Shown piece after piece: positions 48,613 to 58,900 of a stretch of DNA of 64,000 nt. Under the pieces are notes generated by a model. It was given only the letters and a program-made list of their open reading frames with translations. It ran no database searches and was not told the DNA's origin. Location: the IMG/VR virus record IMGVR_UViG_3300009177_000033, positions 6,893 through 70,892 of that record. The stretch is one strand, 5' to 3'. A program made the translations under genes and the position numbers. The stretch is from a virus. How positions within the stretch are numbered: position 1 is the first letter of the stretch; each line of letters starts with the position of its first letter.

Positions 48613-48784
48613 CACAACACAACGGTTACCGATTGACTGACTACCCAGAAATAAACGGCCACCGCGGCGACGGGAGCCACCAAGCAAATCCAGAACCAGA
48701 CCGCTTGCGAGACATCACTTTGGTGCCATTTGCAAGCCCGGTAGACCCGCATGTTGCCCAGTAATGCGACCGTTTGTCTGAATT

Positions 48785-49027
48785 TCATCGCATGATCCTC
48801 GGCACCGGGCCATACGGCAGTCCCGGTCCATATCCCAGCAGAGAGAATACCCAAACGACCACCGCTATAACGATTAGCAGCGTCACGATAATCTTGCCCC
48901 ATTTATAGACATCTGCATCAGGAGGGTATCCAGCAATTTTGAGAACCCAAACAATCACGAACGCAACGAAAATTATGACCGCACAATGCAGCAGCAAATA
49001 GAGCAGGCTGACCAAGATCGTTTCCAT
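48785..49027 (-). CDS. Small two-TM membrane protein
   Basis: GGAG RBS; two hydrophobic helices. Confidence 0.65.
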   Translation of the reverse strand: METILVSLLYLLLHCAVIIFVAFVIVWVLKIAGYPPDADVYKWGKIIVTLLIVIAVVVWVFSLLGYGPGLPYGPVPRIMR

Positions 49028-49040
49028 GTTCTGTCTCCCT

Positions 49041-49901
49041 TTAGCGGATCATTTTGAAAACCGTTCCGTCGCACAGCTCGTCCTCGGTAAACTGGCAATA
49101 GGCAAGGGAGCGCAGCCACGGCATTCTTTCGGGATAAACTGGCGTTTCCACTTGGCTAAGGTCCGTTGAGCCCACCAACGCAGCAGCCGATATCGGCTCG
49201 ACGAATACCGGACAGCCCATAACAACAGACTCAACCGCAGCAATAGAACCGTGCGCGACGAGGCAGTGAGCATTGGCTAGTTCCTCTCGCAAGGGACGCT
49301 TGCTTTCTTTGTCTCGGACGATGATAGGACGCTTCGTGATCGCTTTCAGACGCTCGACCGCTCGTTTGGTCCAATTGGGGTCGCTGAATAGCTTCCAATA
49401 ATCCGGAAGCGTATCGGCGATCACGATATGCTTGCCACTTCGATTCCATGGGCTCAGTTGATTGCCTACCTCGCAGCGCTCGTCGAGCTTTAGTGCGCGC
49501 CAGCGATCATCAGGCACATCGTAAATCTGTCCCATCTGCGGGCGGTTCAGATGCCAGCGGTAATAGCCCATCTGCACGCCCATGCCGACGCCCTTGGGAA
49601 GATGCGTGGCGAACACGCGCCGCAGATATCCTCGATCCCAGTAAATCCATTTGCGGCCTGTTTTCGCCCAGTGCGCCAAGACGTAGCGAAACTCGGGGCT
49701 GCATCCGACTATGGGAATAATCTCGTCGGGCAGTTTTCCGACCGCTTCGAAATCATTTCGCACCACACGCCCGCCAAGCTTTTCAACATAGGCGCCGATG
49801 CGCTCGAAAAGAGCCAGCTTGAATTTCTTGAGCCCGGGCGGGATGAAAAGCGCAACGTCTTTCGGATCGACGCCTACACTTTCCAATACTCTCGTATCCA
49901 C
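49041..49901 (-). CDS. Glycosyltransferase-like protein (GT-B, KpsS/capsule-type C-terminus)
   Basis: YWDRGY, RPIIVRDK, AHCLVAHGSIAAVESVVMGCPV. Confidence 0.65.
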   Translation of the reverse strand: MDTRVLESVGVDPKDVALFIPPGLKKFKLALFERIGAYVEKLGGRVVRNDFEAVGKLPDEIIPIVGCSPEFRYVLAHWAKTGRKWIYWDRGYLRRVFATHLPKGVGMGVQMGYYRWHLNRPQMGQIYDVPDDRWRALKLDERCEVGNQLSPWNRSGKHIVIADTLPDYWKLFSDPNWTKRAVERLKAITKRPIIVRDKESKRPLREELANAHCLVAHGSIAAVESVVMGCPVFVEPISAAALVGSTDLSQVETPVYPERMPWLRSLAYCQFTEDELCDGTVFKMIR

Positions 49902-50560
49902 GGCACCCCCAAATACATCGCAGGCTTGCGCTTGCCGATGAACGAAACGATCCTCGCGTCCTGCGGCAGTATCATTCCGGTCGGTCGCATCGGCCAGCCG
50001 GGTTTCTGGAAGCCATAGATGCCCGATTCCGCCCCAGCCCGCCAGCCATCGGCGTTAGGCAGCTTGTGCCATATCCAGCCCTGATCGTCGGGAAATTCAT
50101 GAAAAGGCACAGCTTTGGCCTTTTCGAGCGAGAAATCGTCCCAGACCTCGTGATGGTGCCCAGCGTGAAGAAGCATGACGCTGGCGTTAAACGGGTTTGG
50201 ATTGACGGCATTAACGCCCTGCAAAATCTTGAAGCTCGATGTCGTTACAAGCAGATCGTCAATCGGCTTAAGCACCATCAAATCGAGGTCGAGCGACAGG
50301 ATCGGCCCTTTATGGAAGCCGTTTCTCACTTGCCATTGCCGGTCGAACATGCGCAGCCGGCAAAAGCATGATCGATCGATCAGATTTTTGTCCTCGATCT
50401 CTCGCGTCTCTACGCCGGAAATAGAATAAGGAAGGTCAGAAAAAAGATAGAAGCGATGCCGAGCACGAAGGTTTTTTTGCACTGCATTGGCAAGCCTCTG
50501 CACATCGCGGGGATTATATTTGCTGCCCCACATCCATGAGATGACATTCACGCCGTCCAT
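49874..50560 (-). CDS. Glycosyltransferase (GT-A, GT8-like)
   Basis: WGSKY, DxD motif SLDLD, NASVM, DQGWI, IVSF.GKRKP. Confidence 0.75.
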   Translation of the reverse strand: MDGVNVISWMWGSKYNPRDVQRLANAVQKNLRARHRFYLFSDLPYSISGVETREIEDKNLIDRSCFCRLRMFDRQWQVRNGFHKGPILSLDLDLMVLKPIDDLLVTTSSFKILQGVNAVNPNPFNASVMLLHAGHHHEVWDDFSLEKAKAVPFHEFPDDQGWIWHKLPNADGWRAGAESGIYGFQKPGWPMRPTGMILPQDARIVSFIGKRKPAMYLGVPWIREYWKV

Positions 50561-51135
50561 AGGACACCGATACCGTTGTCCCTGCCGCCGTCTTTGTTCA
50601 ATCCGCCCCGGATGATTTCTTTGTGGCGATAATCTTTTTTGATCTCGTCCCAGACTTCGCGGACTTCGATTGGTTTCTTATGCGCCGGTAGCCCGCCCGG
50701 TCTATGGAAATTGATGTCGTGGAACGCAACGAGCCTGCAAATTTTGCCATAGTTCGCCCAGTCCTTTCGCACATATTCTTGCGTGTGGTTAGCGTCGATA
50801 AAACAGGCATCGAACGGGCCAAGCTTATAAACATCCTCGATCACTTCCGGATCGGTACTGTCGCCAATAATCAGGCTGGCATGATAGCCGCGCTTGCGTA
50901 GCGCTTCGACACATTCGCGCAAATGCGGCTCGGTATCCTTGAAGCTTTTATCGCCTTGCGGGAGATCGACAGCGACGATGGTTGAACCGGCTGGCATTTT
51001 GTTTGCGATGATCCAGAGCGAGCCGCCGAACTTGCAGCCGATTTCCAGATAAGACTTCGCGCCTTCGGATCGCATCAGCGTCGCGAGCTCAAGTATCTCG
51101 GAGCGATCCTGCAACATATATGTTTCGCATTTCAT
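50548..51135 (-). CDS. Class I SAM methyltransferase (Methyltransf_24-like)
   Basis: YLEIGCKFGGS, VAVD, GDS, FIDANH, VAFHDI, GIGV. Confidence 0.85.
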   Translation of the reverse strand: MKCETYMLQDRSEILELATLMRSEGAKSYLEIGCKFGGSLWIIANKMPAGSTIVAVDLPQGDKSFKDTEPHLRECVEALRKRGYHASLIIGDSTDPEVIEDVYKLGPFDACFIDANHTQEYVRKDWANYGKICRLVAFHDINFHRPGGLPAHKKPIEVREVWDEIKKDYRHKEIIRGGLNKDGGRDNGIGVLWTA

Positions 51136-51920
51136 TGGAGCTTCGCCATTGCTGCTTCGAAAACTTCGTCAACCGATATCCGATTCATTGCTTCCATACA
51201 GTGCGAACATGGCTGGATGCTCCCGCATGCTTTTGCACCGCCAGTAAAATTTGCATTGCCAGCATATCCGACCACCAGCGGCGGTATAAAGCCGCCCATG
51301 AGCACGACAGCATCAACTCCGACCGCAGCCGACGCATGGTGCATCCCTCCCTCTGGACCGATGTAAAGTTTTGCTAGTGATAACGCGCCGATCACGTCGC
51401 GAAAGTTTTTAAGCTCCATCGTCGTCACTGGCAATCTGCGGCGTGAATTCTTATGAATGAATTGAACGACGTTAACCCCAGCCATCCTTAATCGCTGGCA
51501 TAGCTGGCTGAACTTTTCGAATCCCCAATCCTTGTTAGGCGCGACAGTCTTTTGCCAGGGGACGTTTGGCTCGATCACGACGAAATCGTTGTAGCTTTTT
51601 TTCAATTCGTCGATCTTCAAGCGCTCCCATTTATCGAAAAAGAACTCACCGGGCTTCGCTCGAAAATCATAATTCCAAATCCACTTCGTTTTATCGAAGC
51701 TCTGCACGTTATAAAGACGAGCGCCTTTATAGTGCGGTATCCAGACGAGATTGCTTTGATGCGCCATGCTGGGGTGCGCGATGTTCGGATTGTTTCTAAA
51801 CATTTCTTCCGACCAAGGGCCCCAAACGATTTTCTTGCCATCGCCAAACGCAGCGAGCTTGCCTTTATCGCGTAGTCCGCGGGCAAGGCCCGTCGCCATT
51901 ATTTCGTCGCCGTATCCCAT
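51132..51920 (-). CDS. Glycosyltransferase family 9 (heptosyltransferase)-like
   Basis: GYGDEIMAT, KDWG, YIGPEGGMHHASAAVG, CMEAMNRISVDEV. Confidence 0.8.
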   Translation of the reverse strand: MGYGDEIMATGLARGLRDKGKLAAFGDGKKIVWGPWSEEMFRNNPNIAHPSMAHQSNLVWIPHYKGARLYNVQSFDKTKWIWNYDFRAKPGEFFFDKWERLKIDELKKSYNDFVVIEPNVPWQKTVAPNKDWGFEKFSQLCQRLRMAGVNVVQFIHKNSRRRLPVTTMELKNFRDVIGALSLAKLYIGPEGGMHHASAAVGVDAVVLMGGFIPPLVVGYAGNANFTGGAKACGSIQPCSHCMEAMNRISVDEVFEAAMAKLQ

Positions 51921-52053
51921 GGTGGATCGTCCGGTATCAGTTTGTGGCGTATATCGCCATCGTGGATTTCGTATCCGGATTTTTCAAGCTCAGCGCCGAC
52001 GCAGTACCCGTTCTTGCATAGATTCACGCAACGACATTTTTCGTAAATGCATT

Positions 52054-52707
52054 TCACTTTACCCACCCCATACAGTGGTCGCCATTCATTTCGAATAGCT
52101 GTCGAGCGCCCCAAGCTTCCAGCATCTCCTTCGCATCGTGGCGTTCCCTACCATAAACGGATTTGTGCTTGCGCGTCTTATCGCCCTTTTGCTCGATTAC
52201 GATAATAGGCTTGTGCAGCCTGATTGTTTTCTCGCCACCCTCAACAACGAAGTATTCGTAATTCTCGACATCGATCTTCAAGAAATCGACAGCGTGAAAT
52301 TCGAAGCTGTCGAGCGTCCGCATTTCTATACCTTGGCCGCCCTCATCGATCTGCGTGCTGCCAGTGCTACCGGGTAATATTTTTAATCCGACCGATCCAG
52401 TCCGGTGCCCTAGCGCAATTTCGCGGACCTCATAATTAGATATCCCCAGCATGTTCGCGTGCAGACATTCGATATGCTCGGCGACTGGCTCGAAACCGAT
52501 CACTGTTTCAAACCACTTCGCTAAATGCATCGCCCACAGACCAACGTGCATCCCGACATCGATAGCGCAGCGCCTTTGCTTTACATATCGCATCGCGCCT
52601 GCAAGCTTGTGGTATTGGTAAGTCGCCCTGCCATCTATCTGCGGGCCGAATACGGTTTGCAAATGCATCTCCGAATCCGGAAACCAAATCCCTTGGACGC
52701 ACTTCAC
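52054..52707 (-). CDS. FkbM-family methyltransferase
   Basis: AIDVGMHVG, GFEP, TLDS, FLKIDVENYE..V.EGG; GTG start overlaps the upstream stop. Confidence 0.85.
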   Translation of the reverse strand: MKCVQGIWFPDSEMHLQTVFGPQIDGRATYQYHKLAGAMRYVKQRRCAIDVGMHVGLWAMHLAKWFETVIGFEPVAEHIECLHANMLGISNYEVREIALGHRTGSVGLKILPGSTGSTQIDEGGQGIEMRTLDSFEFHAVDFLKIDVENYEYFVVEGGEKTIRLHKPIIVIEQKGDKTRKHKSVYGRERHDAKEMLEAWGARQLFEMNGDHCMGWVK

Positions 52708-53315
52708 AGCGTTCCTCGAGGATCGATGCGCGCCCATATAGCGGCTGGCTGCGCAACAGTCTCGGTATATTCCCGCAACATGATCTCGCAAATTTCCGAA
52801 TAGTGGACTTCGCGAAAGCCCTCTCGCAGAACCATTGGTGAGAACTCGTCGCGTTCCTCGCGCGATCCTCGCCAAACGAAATATTTTTCCGTCCTATTGA
52901 CGAGATATTGCACAAGCTCAAAAAGCCTGTCGGATGGCATGACGCGCGACAGCTTATGATAGACCGCCAGCATTAGCGTGATGTCGTAGCGCTGCTCGCC
53001 GAACGCTTTAGTAATCGCAGCGCCGCCGCCAGTCAGATCGACAACCTCAAATTTATATTGAGCATGGCGATAGTCGGCGAAAAGTTCGTTTGCGTGCCGG
53101 ATTGTTTCGGCAGAATTATCGCACCCATGAAGTATAGAAGCACCGTGGTGCATAAGATCAAAGCAGACATGACCGCGATTGCATCCCACATCGAATACAG
53201 ACGCTCCCGCAGCCCGAGGTAAAAGATCGCCAAGACCATCAAGGCGAAAGCCGCTGTGAGAAATAATCCGACGCTGTACACCTTTGTCCGTCCAGCTATA
53301 GGGGTCGCGCGCCAT
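52704..53315 (-). CDS. Class I SAM methyltransferase
   Basis: SVFDVGCNRG, YDITLMLAVYHKL. Confidence 0.8.
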   Translation of the reverse strand: MARDPYSWTDKGVQRRIISHSGFRLDGLGDLLPRAAGASVFDVGCNRGHVCFDLMHHGASILHGCDNSAETIRHANELFADYRHAQYKFEVVDLTGGGAAITKAFGEQRYDITLMLAVYHKLSRVMPSDRLFELVQYLVNRTEKYFVWRGSREERDEFSPMVLREGFREVHYSEICEIMLREYTETVAQPAAIWARIDPRGTL

Positions 53316-53478
53316 TATGGCGTCTCGCTATCGCGTAGATTTTCGCAGAGCGCTTGCAGCGCCCATTCGATCTCGTCAATTTTTCTTCGGAGATCAAGTT
53401 TGAGGGTATCGAAGTCACCAGCGTCAACAGGCATTGCGCGATGCCGGGTAACGCCTTCCAAGATTTCCTGAAACGAGA

Positions 53479-53883
53479 TCATCGGTCTTGCTTTCTTATA
53501 TTCTGCCGTTGAACGTCCTGCACGCTGTCGAGCTTATTCGTTATGGCTTCAAGCTGCTTCGAAACGTTATCCACTTGAACTTTCATTGCCGCACTGGCGA
53601 TACCAAACTGATTAAACGAAGCGATGAATTGCTCGCGCACCCTTTCGGCTTTCTCCTGATCGTTTTTATTTGTTTTTGCCCAGTCGTCGTAATTACGTTG
53701 CAGCGTTGAATTGAAGCTGTCGAATTTCTTTCCGATCTCGACGAAATTGCTTTCGTGCCGGTCGAGCTTGTCCTTAGTGGTGAAATAAAACGCTATCAAT
53801 ATGCCGATAAAGGCCAGCCCTGCTGCGCCGAACGAACGAACCCATGCCGCCCAATCGACGTGCGATTCCTTTTTACGCGGCAC
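53479..53883 (-). CDS. Single-TM coiled-coil protein
   Basis: TM then heptad repeats; same architecture as 35843-36196. Confidence 0.6.
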   Translation of the reverse strand: MPRKKESHVDWAAWVRSFGAAGLAFIGILIAFYFTTKDKLDRHESNFVEIGKKFDSFNSTLQRNYDDWAKTNKNDQEKAERVREQFIASFNQFGIASAAMKVQVDNVSKQLEAITNKLDSVQDVQRQNIRKQDR

Positions 53884-54682
53884 GTTGCCCTCCCCTTACC
53901 GCATCATAGTTGCCGAAGTTCGATGCCAGCGCTTCGTATTTCTCGGCGGTATAGCCCGCCGCTTGCGCTTCTTCCCAAAGCTGATCGACGAGCGGCTGAA
54001 CGTCCTTACGCGCGTGCGGCAGCGGTTGTTCTGCCTTAAGCGTCCATTGGTTCCAGTGGCGCTTGCCCTTGGCTTTTAATCGCGGCAGCGCCCACTTCAA
54101 ATGCGGCTGCGTCTCGACCTTCGTAAAATGGATGATCTTGATATCGGGGTGCGCCAGCGTCGGATAGTTTTCGCCATCGAGGCAATTCCAGTTGCCGGTA
54201 AAGTTCGCTGCGGCGCCACCTATAGTCCGCCTGACATTTCGATACATGCCCTCAGTGCGCCGCAGCGTTTCGAAAGCGGGGATATACTTTTTGGCCGCCG
54301 CGCAATCGTAGAGGATCACGCAGGAATGTTTGTCGTCTTTCATCAGCAGACATTTGCCGGGAGGGATTTGCTGATTCCAGAGATCGAAGATATCGGCCAT
54401 GAAAACTTTATCGACATCGGTATAGATCGCGCGGCCTTCAAAGCCACAGACGTGAGGGATGGCCCACCGAAAGGCGCTGAAGGGCGTCGCCCATCCTTTG
54501 GTGTTCCATCCCTCTTGTCTCGCAGGGTTTGAATACCACGGCGAGGAAACGTCTTTCGAAAGCATCATCCAAGTCAGTTCGATATCGTTGGTTGGATGAT
54601 GTTTTCGCAGCGTGTATTCGAGCAGCGCTTGCGCTTCGGCATCTTCACCATTCGCAGAGCAGCCGACGAATAATTTGATCAT
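53873..54682 (-). CDS. Glycosyltransferase (GT-A, GT8-like)
   Basis: IKLFVG, TPFSAFRWAIP, AIYTDVD (DxD), SCVIL, WNCLD, IIHFT. Confidence 0.8.
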   Translation of the reverse strand: MIKLFVGCSANGEDAEAQALLEYTLRKHHPTNDIELTWMMLSKDVSSPWYSNPARQEGWNTKGWATPFSAFRWAIPHVCGFEGRAIYTDVDKVFMADIFDLWNQQIPPGKCLLMKDDKHSCVILYDCAAAKKYIPAFETLRRTEGMYRNVRRTIGGAAANFTGNWNCLDGENYPTLAHPDIKIIHFTKVETQPHLKWALPRLKAKGKRHWNQWTLKAEQPLPHARKDVQPLVDQLWEEAQAAGYTAEKYEALASNFGNYDAVRGGQRAA

Positions 54683-55335
54683 AGTCCCCACCTTGCCAGT
54701 GTCGCCGCGACCTCGATCCGAGGAAATCGGCCGACTGTTGAAAACATCGACGTATTGATCACTTCGATTCCTAGTTCGTGCAGTTTCGGCGCGGCATTTT
54801 CCAGCCAAGTTTTCCAGCCAACGAAAGTGCTGTTATCCGGGTTAGTTAATTCGATTGGATGGCTACCGTGCCAGTGGACTTTGTTATTGATTATGCAGCC
54901 ATCGAACCCGAGCAAGGCGATTCCCGCAACCCCTATTTGCGCTAGCCAGTTTACGACCTGAAATCCAGAGCCTTGCCCGCTGCCAATAACGCCCCATTCG
55001 TCCATCAGGAAGTATTTTATCGGTTGCCCTGGCGTCGCGTCCCGCAGCCGCAGCCGCTTGATCTCGGGATGCTCGCGCACGATTAAGGCGTCCTGCGTAA
55101 CCTTCAAACCTTTGAAATCTTTCACAAGATTCCAGCGCAGCTTCCACCACTTGTAATCGCACGAATAGAGCGCGTCCGCCCAAGGGGCGAGCTGATAGCT
55201 TTCGTTGACGACGACGACGCGCACGCGGCCTTTCAGGCTATCGACATCGCTGCGCTTGACGGACGCCCCGCCGCCGATCACCGCGACGTATTGCCCCGCC
55301 CAGTCTGGATACCAATCTGGCCGCTCACCCTTCAC
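54679..55335 (-). CDS. Maf/DUF115/sialyltransferase-like fold protein
   Basis: VAVIGGGAS, VVVN, D..WW, SGFQVVN...GIALLGFD...HWHG.H...VINTS. Confidence 0.65.
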   Translation of the reverse strand: MKGERPDWYPDWAGQYVAVIGGGASVKRSDVDSLKGRVRVVVVNESYQLAPWADALYSCDYKWWKLRWNLVKDFKGLKVTQDALIVREHPEIKRLRLRDATPGQPIKYFLMDEWGVIGSGQGSGFQVVNWLAQIGVAGIALLGFDGCIINNKVHWHGSHPIELTNPDNSTFVGWKTWLENAAPKLHELGIEVINTSMFSTVGRFPRIEVAATLARWGL

Positions 55336-55940
55336 GCCATGCTCTTGTCAATCTTGTGCCGCCGCAGCAGCATGTCCGCGCCGAACGGCAGCGTATTGAT
55401 AATGCCCTCTACGTTTTCCTCGCGGCGTTCGAACATATTTCCGACGAGCAGCAATAGCCCTGCTTTGATATTGAAAGGAATATTTGCCGTCAGATCGGGC
55501 GGCGATGAACTATCTGGGCTATAGCCAGCGACGAACTCGACGCGAACGGCATTAACCGCATCGAGCGGCGTCGGCCAGCTAACGCCCGAAACGGGGACAA
55601 CCCAACCCGGCTCGCTCGCGGTATCGACATAATAATCGGTGGAGGCGACTGTCTGCTCGACGCCAGCGCCATCATCGTATTTGACGCTGTTGACGCTTTG
55701 CAGCGGCGGCAGAGGAATACGGATTTCCCCGGAGGGAAATTCGTCGATAGTCAGCAGCCACGTTTGCGTGACGATTGCGCGACCAAGAAATCCCCACTCG
55801 CCGTCGATAAAGTCGGTGGCGGCTTTCAGATAGATCGTGATCAGATCGTCTTGGTCTGTCGTAGTAACGCGCAGATGCTTTTTCACTTCCGCCAGCGTCA
55901 AAGGCGTAACGGTCGGCGCGACGAGTCGTTGCAGTGCCAT
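55332..55940 (-). CDS. Head-tail connector (gp6/gp15-like)
   Basis: PLTLAEVKKHLRV...QDDLI...TQTW...PPLQSV...V.VEFVAGY...IKAGLLLLVGNMFERRE. Confidence 0.9.
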   Translation of the reverse strand: MALQRLVAPTVTPLTLAEVKKHLRVTTTDQDDLITIYLKAATDFIDGEWGFLGRAIVTQTWLLTIDEFPSGEIRIPLPPLQSVNSVKYDDGAGVEQTVASTDYYVDTASEPGWVVPVSGVSWPTPLDAVNAVRVEFVAGYSPDSSSPPDLTANIPFNIKAGLLLLVGNMFERREENVEGIINTLPFGADMLLRRHKIDKSMA

Positions 55941-58900
55941 TAGCTTTCGTCCTTGTACCGGCGTGGCATCGAAGATCCTTGCCGCGAAGCATCGCTAATA
56001 TTTGCGCGTCCCGAATCGGCTGCATTATGCCGCTCTGGCTGCATAGTCCACAACGGACCTTTAATCGTCGGTCGTCGCGGCGTCGGCGGGATAACCGCGG
56101 GCACGATACTGGGCGGCGAGCGCAGGAACGAGCGCAAGTCATTCGGATATTCGTAGCCAATCGGCGGCGGGAATACCGCAGTTTTTGGCGGCATCGCTTC
56201 CGGCCGACGAGCGAGGAACGGCGCAAGGAAGTAGCCGTATCCGCCGGCCAACCGCTGAGCGGCAAACGGCAGAGGCCAGTCGTCCTGATTAACGGGCAAC
56301 GGCGGCGTATGCAGCGCTGTCGTCTGCTGATCGAACCACGTTGGCAATTGCGAGACACGGCGCGGGAACGCGAGCAGATCAAAATTGTTGACGGGCCTGA
56401 TTTCTGCCGTGGTCTGCGGACGCGAGACCCAAGTAAGGACTTCACGCCGCGCTTGCACGGGAACGGGCCAATCATATTGATTGACGGGACGAGCTCCCGC
56501 AGCGGAAGCCTGAATGACGATATTGCTCTGCTGCACCGCCTGCATGAATACTTGCGGGCGGATCGGTATCGAGCCGTCGAAATTATTAACCGGCTTAGGT
56601 TGAACCTGTTGCGCGAAGTTCGGCGATTGCGTCCAAGTAATCGCCTCTGGCGTCCTGCGAATAGGCAGCGGCCAATCATCCTGATTAACCGGCATCTGCT
56701 CGGGCGCGCCGAATTGCGGTGAGCGCGTATAGGTGATCGCATCGGGCGTGCGCCGGATCGGGAGCGGCCAGTCGTCTTGGTTGACTGGCATCCTGTCGGG
56801 CGCGCGTGGTGCGAATGTATATCCAACCGCGTCGCGTACACGAATGATCGGCAACGGCCAGTCGTATTGATTAACTGGTTTACGATCAGGCGAGCGCGGC
56901 GCAAATGTATATCCAACGGTTTCTCTCGTGCGCAGCAGCGGTAGCGGCCAGTCATATTGATTAACTGGCTTCTGTGCCGCTGGCGTGCGAAGCGCAACCG
57001 CAAAGGGTGCGAGATCGTAGGTGAAATAGGGCTGCGTCCACCGCAGCGAATAGTACGGCGCGCGGAATACATATTCGATTTGTATGCCGGCGTTAACCCA
57101 TGAACGAAGGCTAAGCGGATAATCAATACGAACCGGCAGAGGCCAGTCGTATTGATTTCTCGGCAGCGTAACCGCAGCGACCGCCTTAAGCTGCGCATTG
57201 AAGTGGACGACGATATCGATTGCGCGTTGCGGTTCTTGCGTTCCCCATTCGACAACGCGGGATGGAATATAAGTAACCGGCGTCGAAACGTTCGGCGACT
57301 GAATCCATGTCTTGACTTCATCAGCACGGCGGATCGGCAGCGACCAATCGGATTGATTGACAGGCTTCGCGCTGACAACTTGCGAAGGCTGCGGCGCTTG
57401 CGTCCAAGTTCGCACCGGCTGCGCCATGCGGATTGGCAGCGGCCAATCGAGAACCGAGACAGGTTTCAATCCAGTGGCGGTCCTCGGCCCTTGCAACCAA
57501 GTCTGGATAACGCGAGCCGGTTGGACCGGCAGCGGCCAATCGCTGACGACAATTGGCCTTTGCTGCCCTGACGGATGCGGCGCTCGCGTAAGCGTAAATT
57601 CGCCACGCGGGCGGGCCACAGGCAGCGGCCAGTCGAATTGATTTGCCGGTCTGCCACTAACTTGCGCTGTCAGCAGCGCGACGTTAAACGGCTGTTGCCA
57701 GGGCTGCGCGAAATCAACAGGCGCTGGCGTTCCCCAATCAGAAACACCGCCCGGCATATAGCCCGCCGCATCACGCGCAATCGTTGCGAATGGTGGCGAC
57801 GGCTCCGGTTGCCAGACATTGCCGCGAGGAATGGGCCAGTCATATTGATTGACTGGCTTGAACGTAACGGACGTTATTTGCGGCGCTGTCGCCCATGTCC
57901 TTAGCTGGGCTGGATAGACCGTAGCGGCGGGCAAATCCCAGACAGCTTGCGTCGGCGGTTTTACGTCAGGCGCTCGCGGCGCTCTCGTAAACATCCGCAA
58001 GTCAATCGGGTAATCGCGACCGATAGGCAGCGTCCAGATTGTCTGGACGGGCTTATTGACAACCGCAGGCGTGAGCAACGCCGGATTGATCGCAATATAG
58101 GTTTGCGCCTTGCGCGTATCCTCCCACATGCCCCATTCGACGACGCGCGAGGGCATATAGTTGGGCGGAAGAAGCGGAAGAAAATCAACCGTCCACGTTC
58201 GCAGACTGATCGGAAATTCTCGCGCAATCGGCAGCGGCCAATCAAATTGGTTGGCCGGCCGTAGCAGCGCGCCTCTTAACCCTGTGCTGGCCTGTAGCCA
58301 CGTGCGCAGGTCCATCAAGACCGGCGCGGGATAAGAGGTCGCTGGCGGCTTTTCCGTTAAACGGCTATTCCATTCATGCGCAGGACCGGAAAGAGATTCC
58401 GAGAAAACGACAATCGCCATCGCGCCGTCTTCAAGGTTTGTGCTTCCTGTGCAGACGCAGTTCGCCGTTCCGGAAGTCGTCTTTGTCGCGACCGTGTGAC
58501 AAAAGTTAGTAACGTCGTCTTCCAAATCTTCGGTGAAGGAAGTCCACGTTTTTGACGCGGTGCTATTTGTCGCGCAACCAGCGCAGGCAAGCCCGAGGCC
58601 GTTGGTCGGAATCGTAACCGACGCCGTTAGCGGCGCGGTCGCGTCCATATCGGTCGATGTATTCGACGCCGTTGACGCAACAGTGAAGCTCGCACCGAGA
58701 ACGCGATAGACTGAAATCTTCGAGGTATTGACCGCGGGATTACCGTCGAACGTTACTTTGATGGTTGCAGTCGTCCCGATAGGAACATGCAACACTGCCC
58801 ATGCCGCGCCGACAGTAGTAGAAAAACGCACGTTGACAGGAATCTTCGCGACGGCGTCGCCGCCGCCGGAATCAATCGTCACGCCCAAAAGATTTAGGTT

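Noticed and set aside
56640-56970. Near-direct DNA repeats of ~90-100 bp, considered as a CRISPR array or DGR template/variable repeats
   Set aside because: They are in-frame coding repeats with no unique spacers, no cas or reverse transcriptase gene in the window, and no adenine-specific mismatch pattern evident.
55672-57378. 568-aa Arg-rich minus-strand ORF with apparent repeats
   Set aside because: Alternative-frame shadow of the DWPLP-repeat gene; no RBS context and atypical composition.
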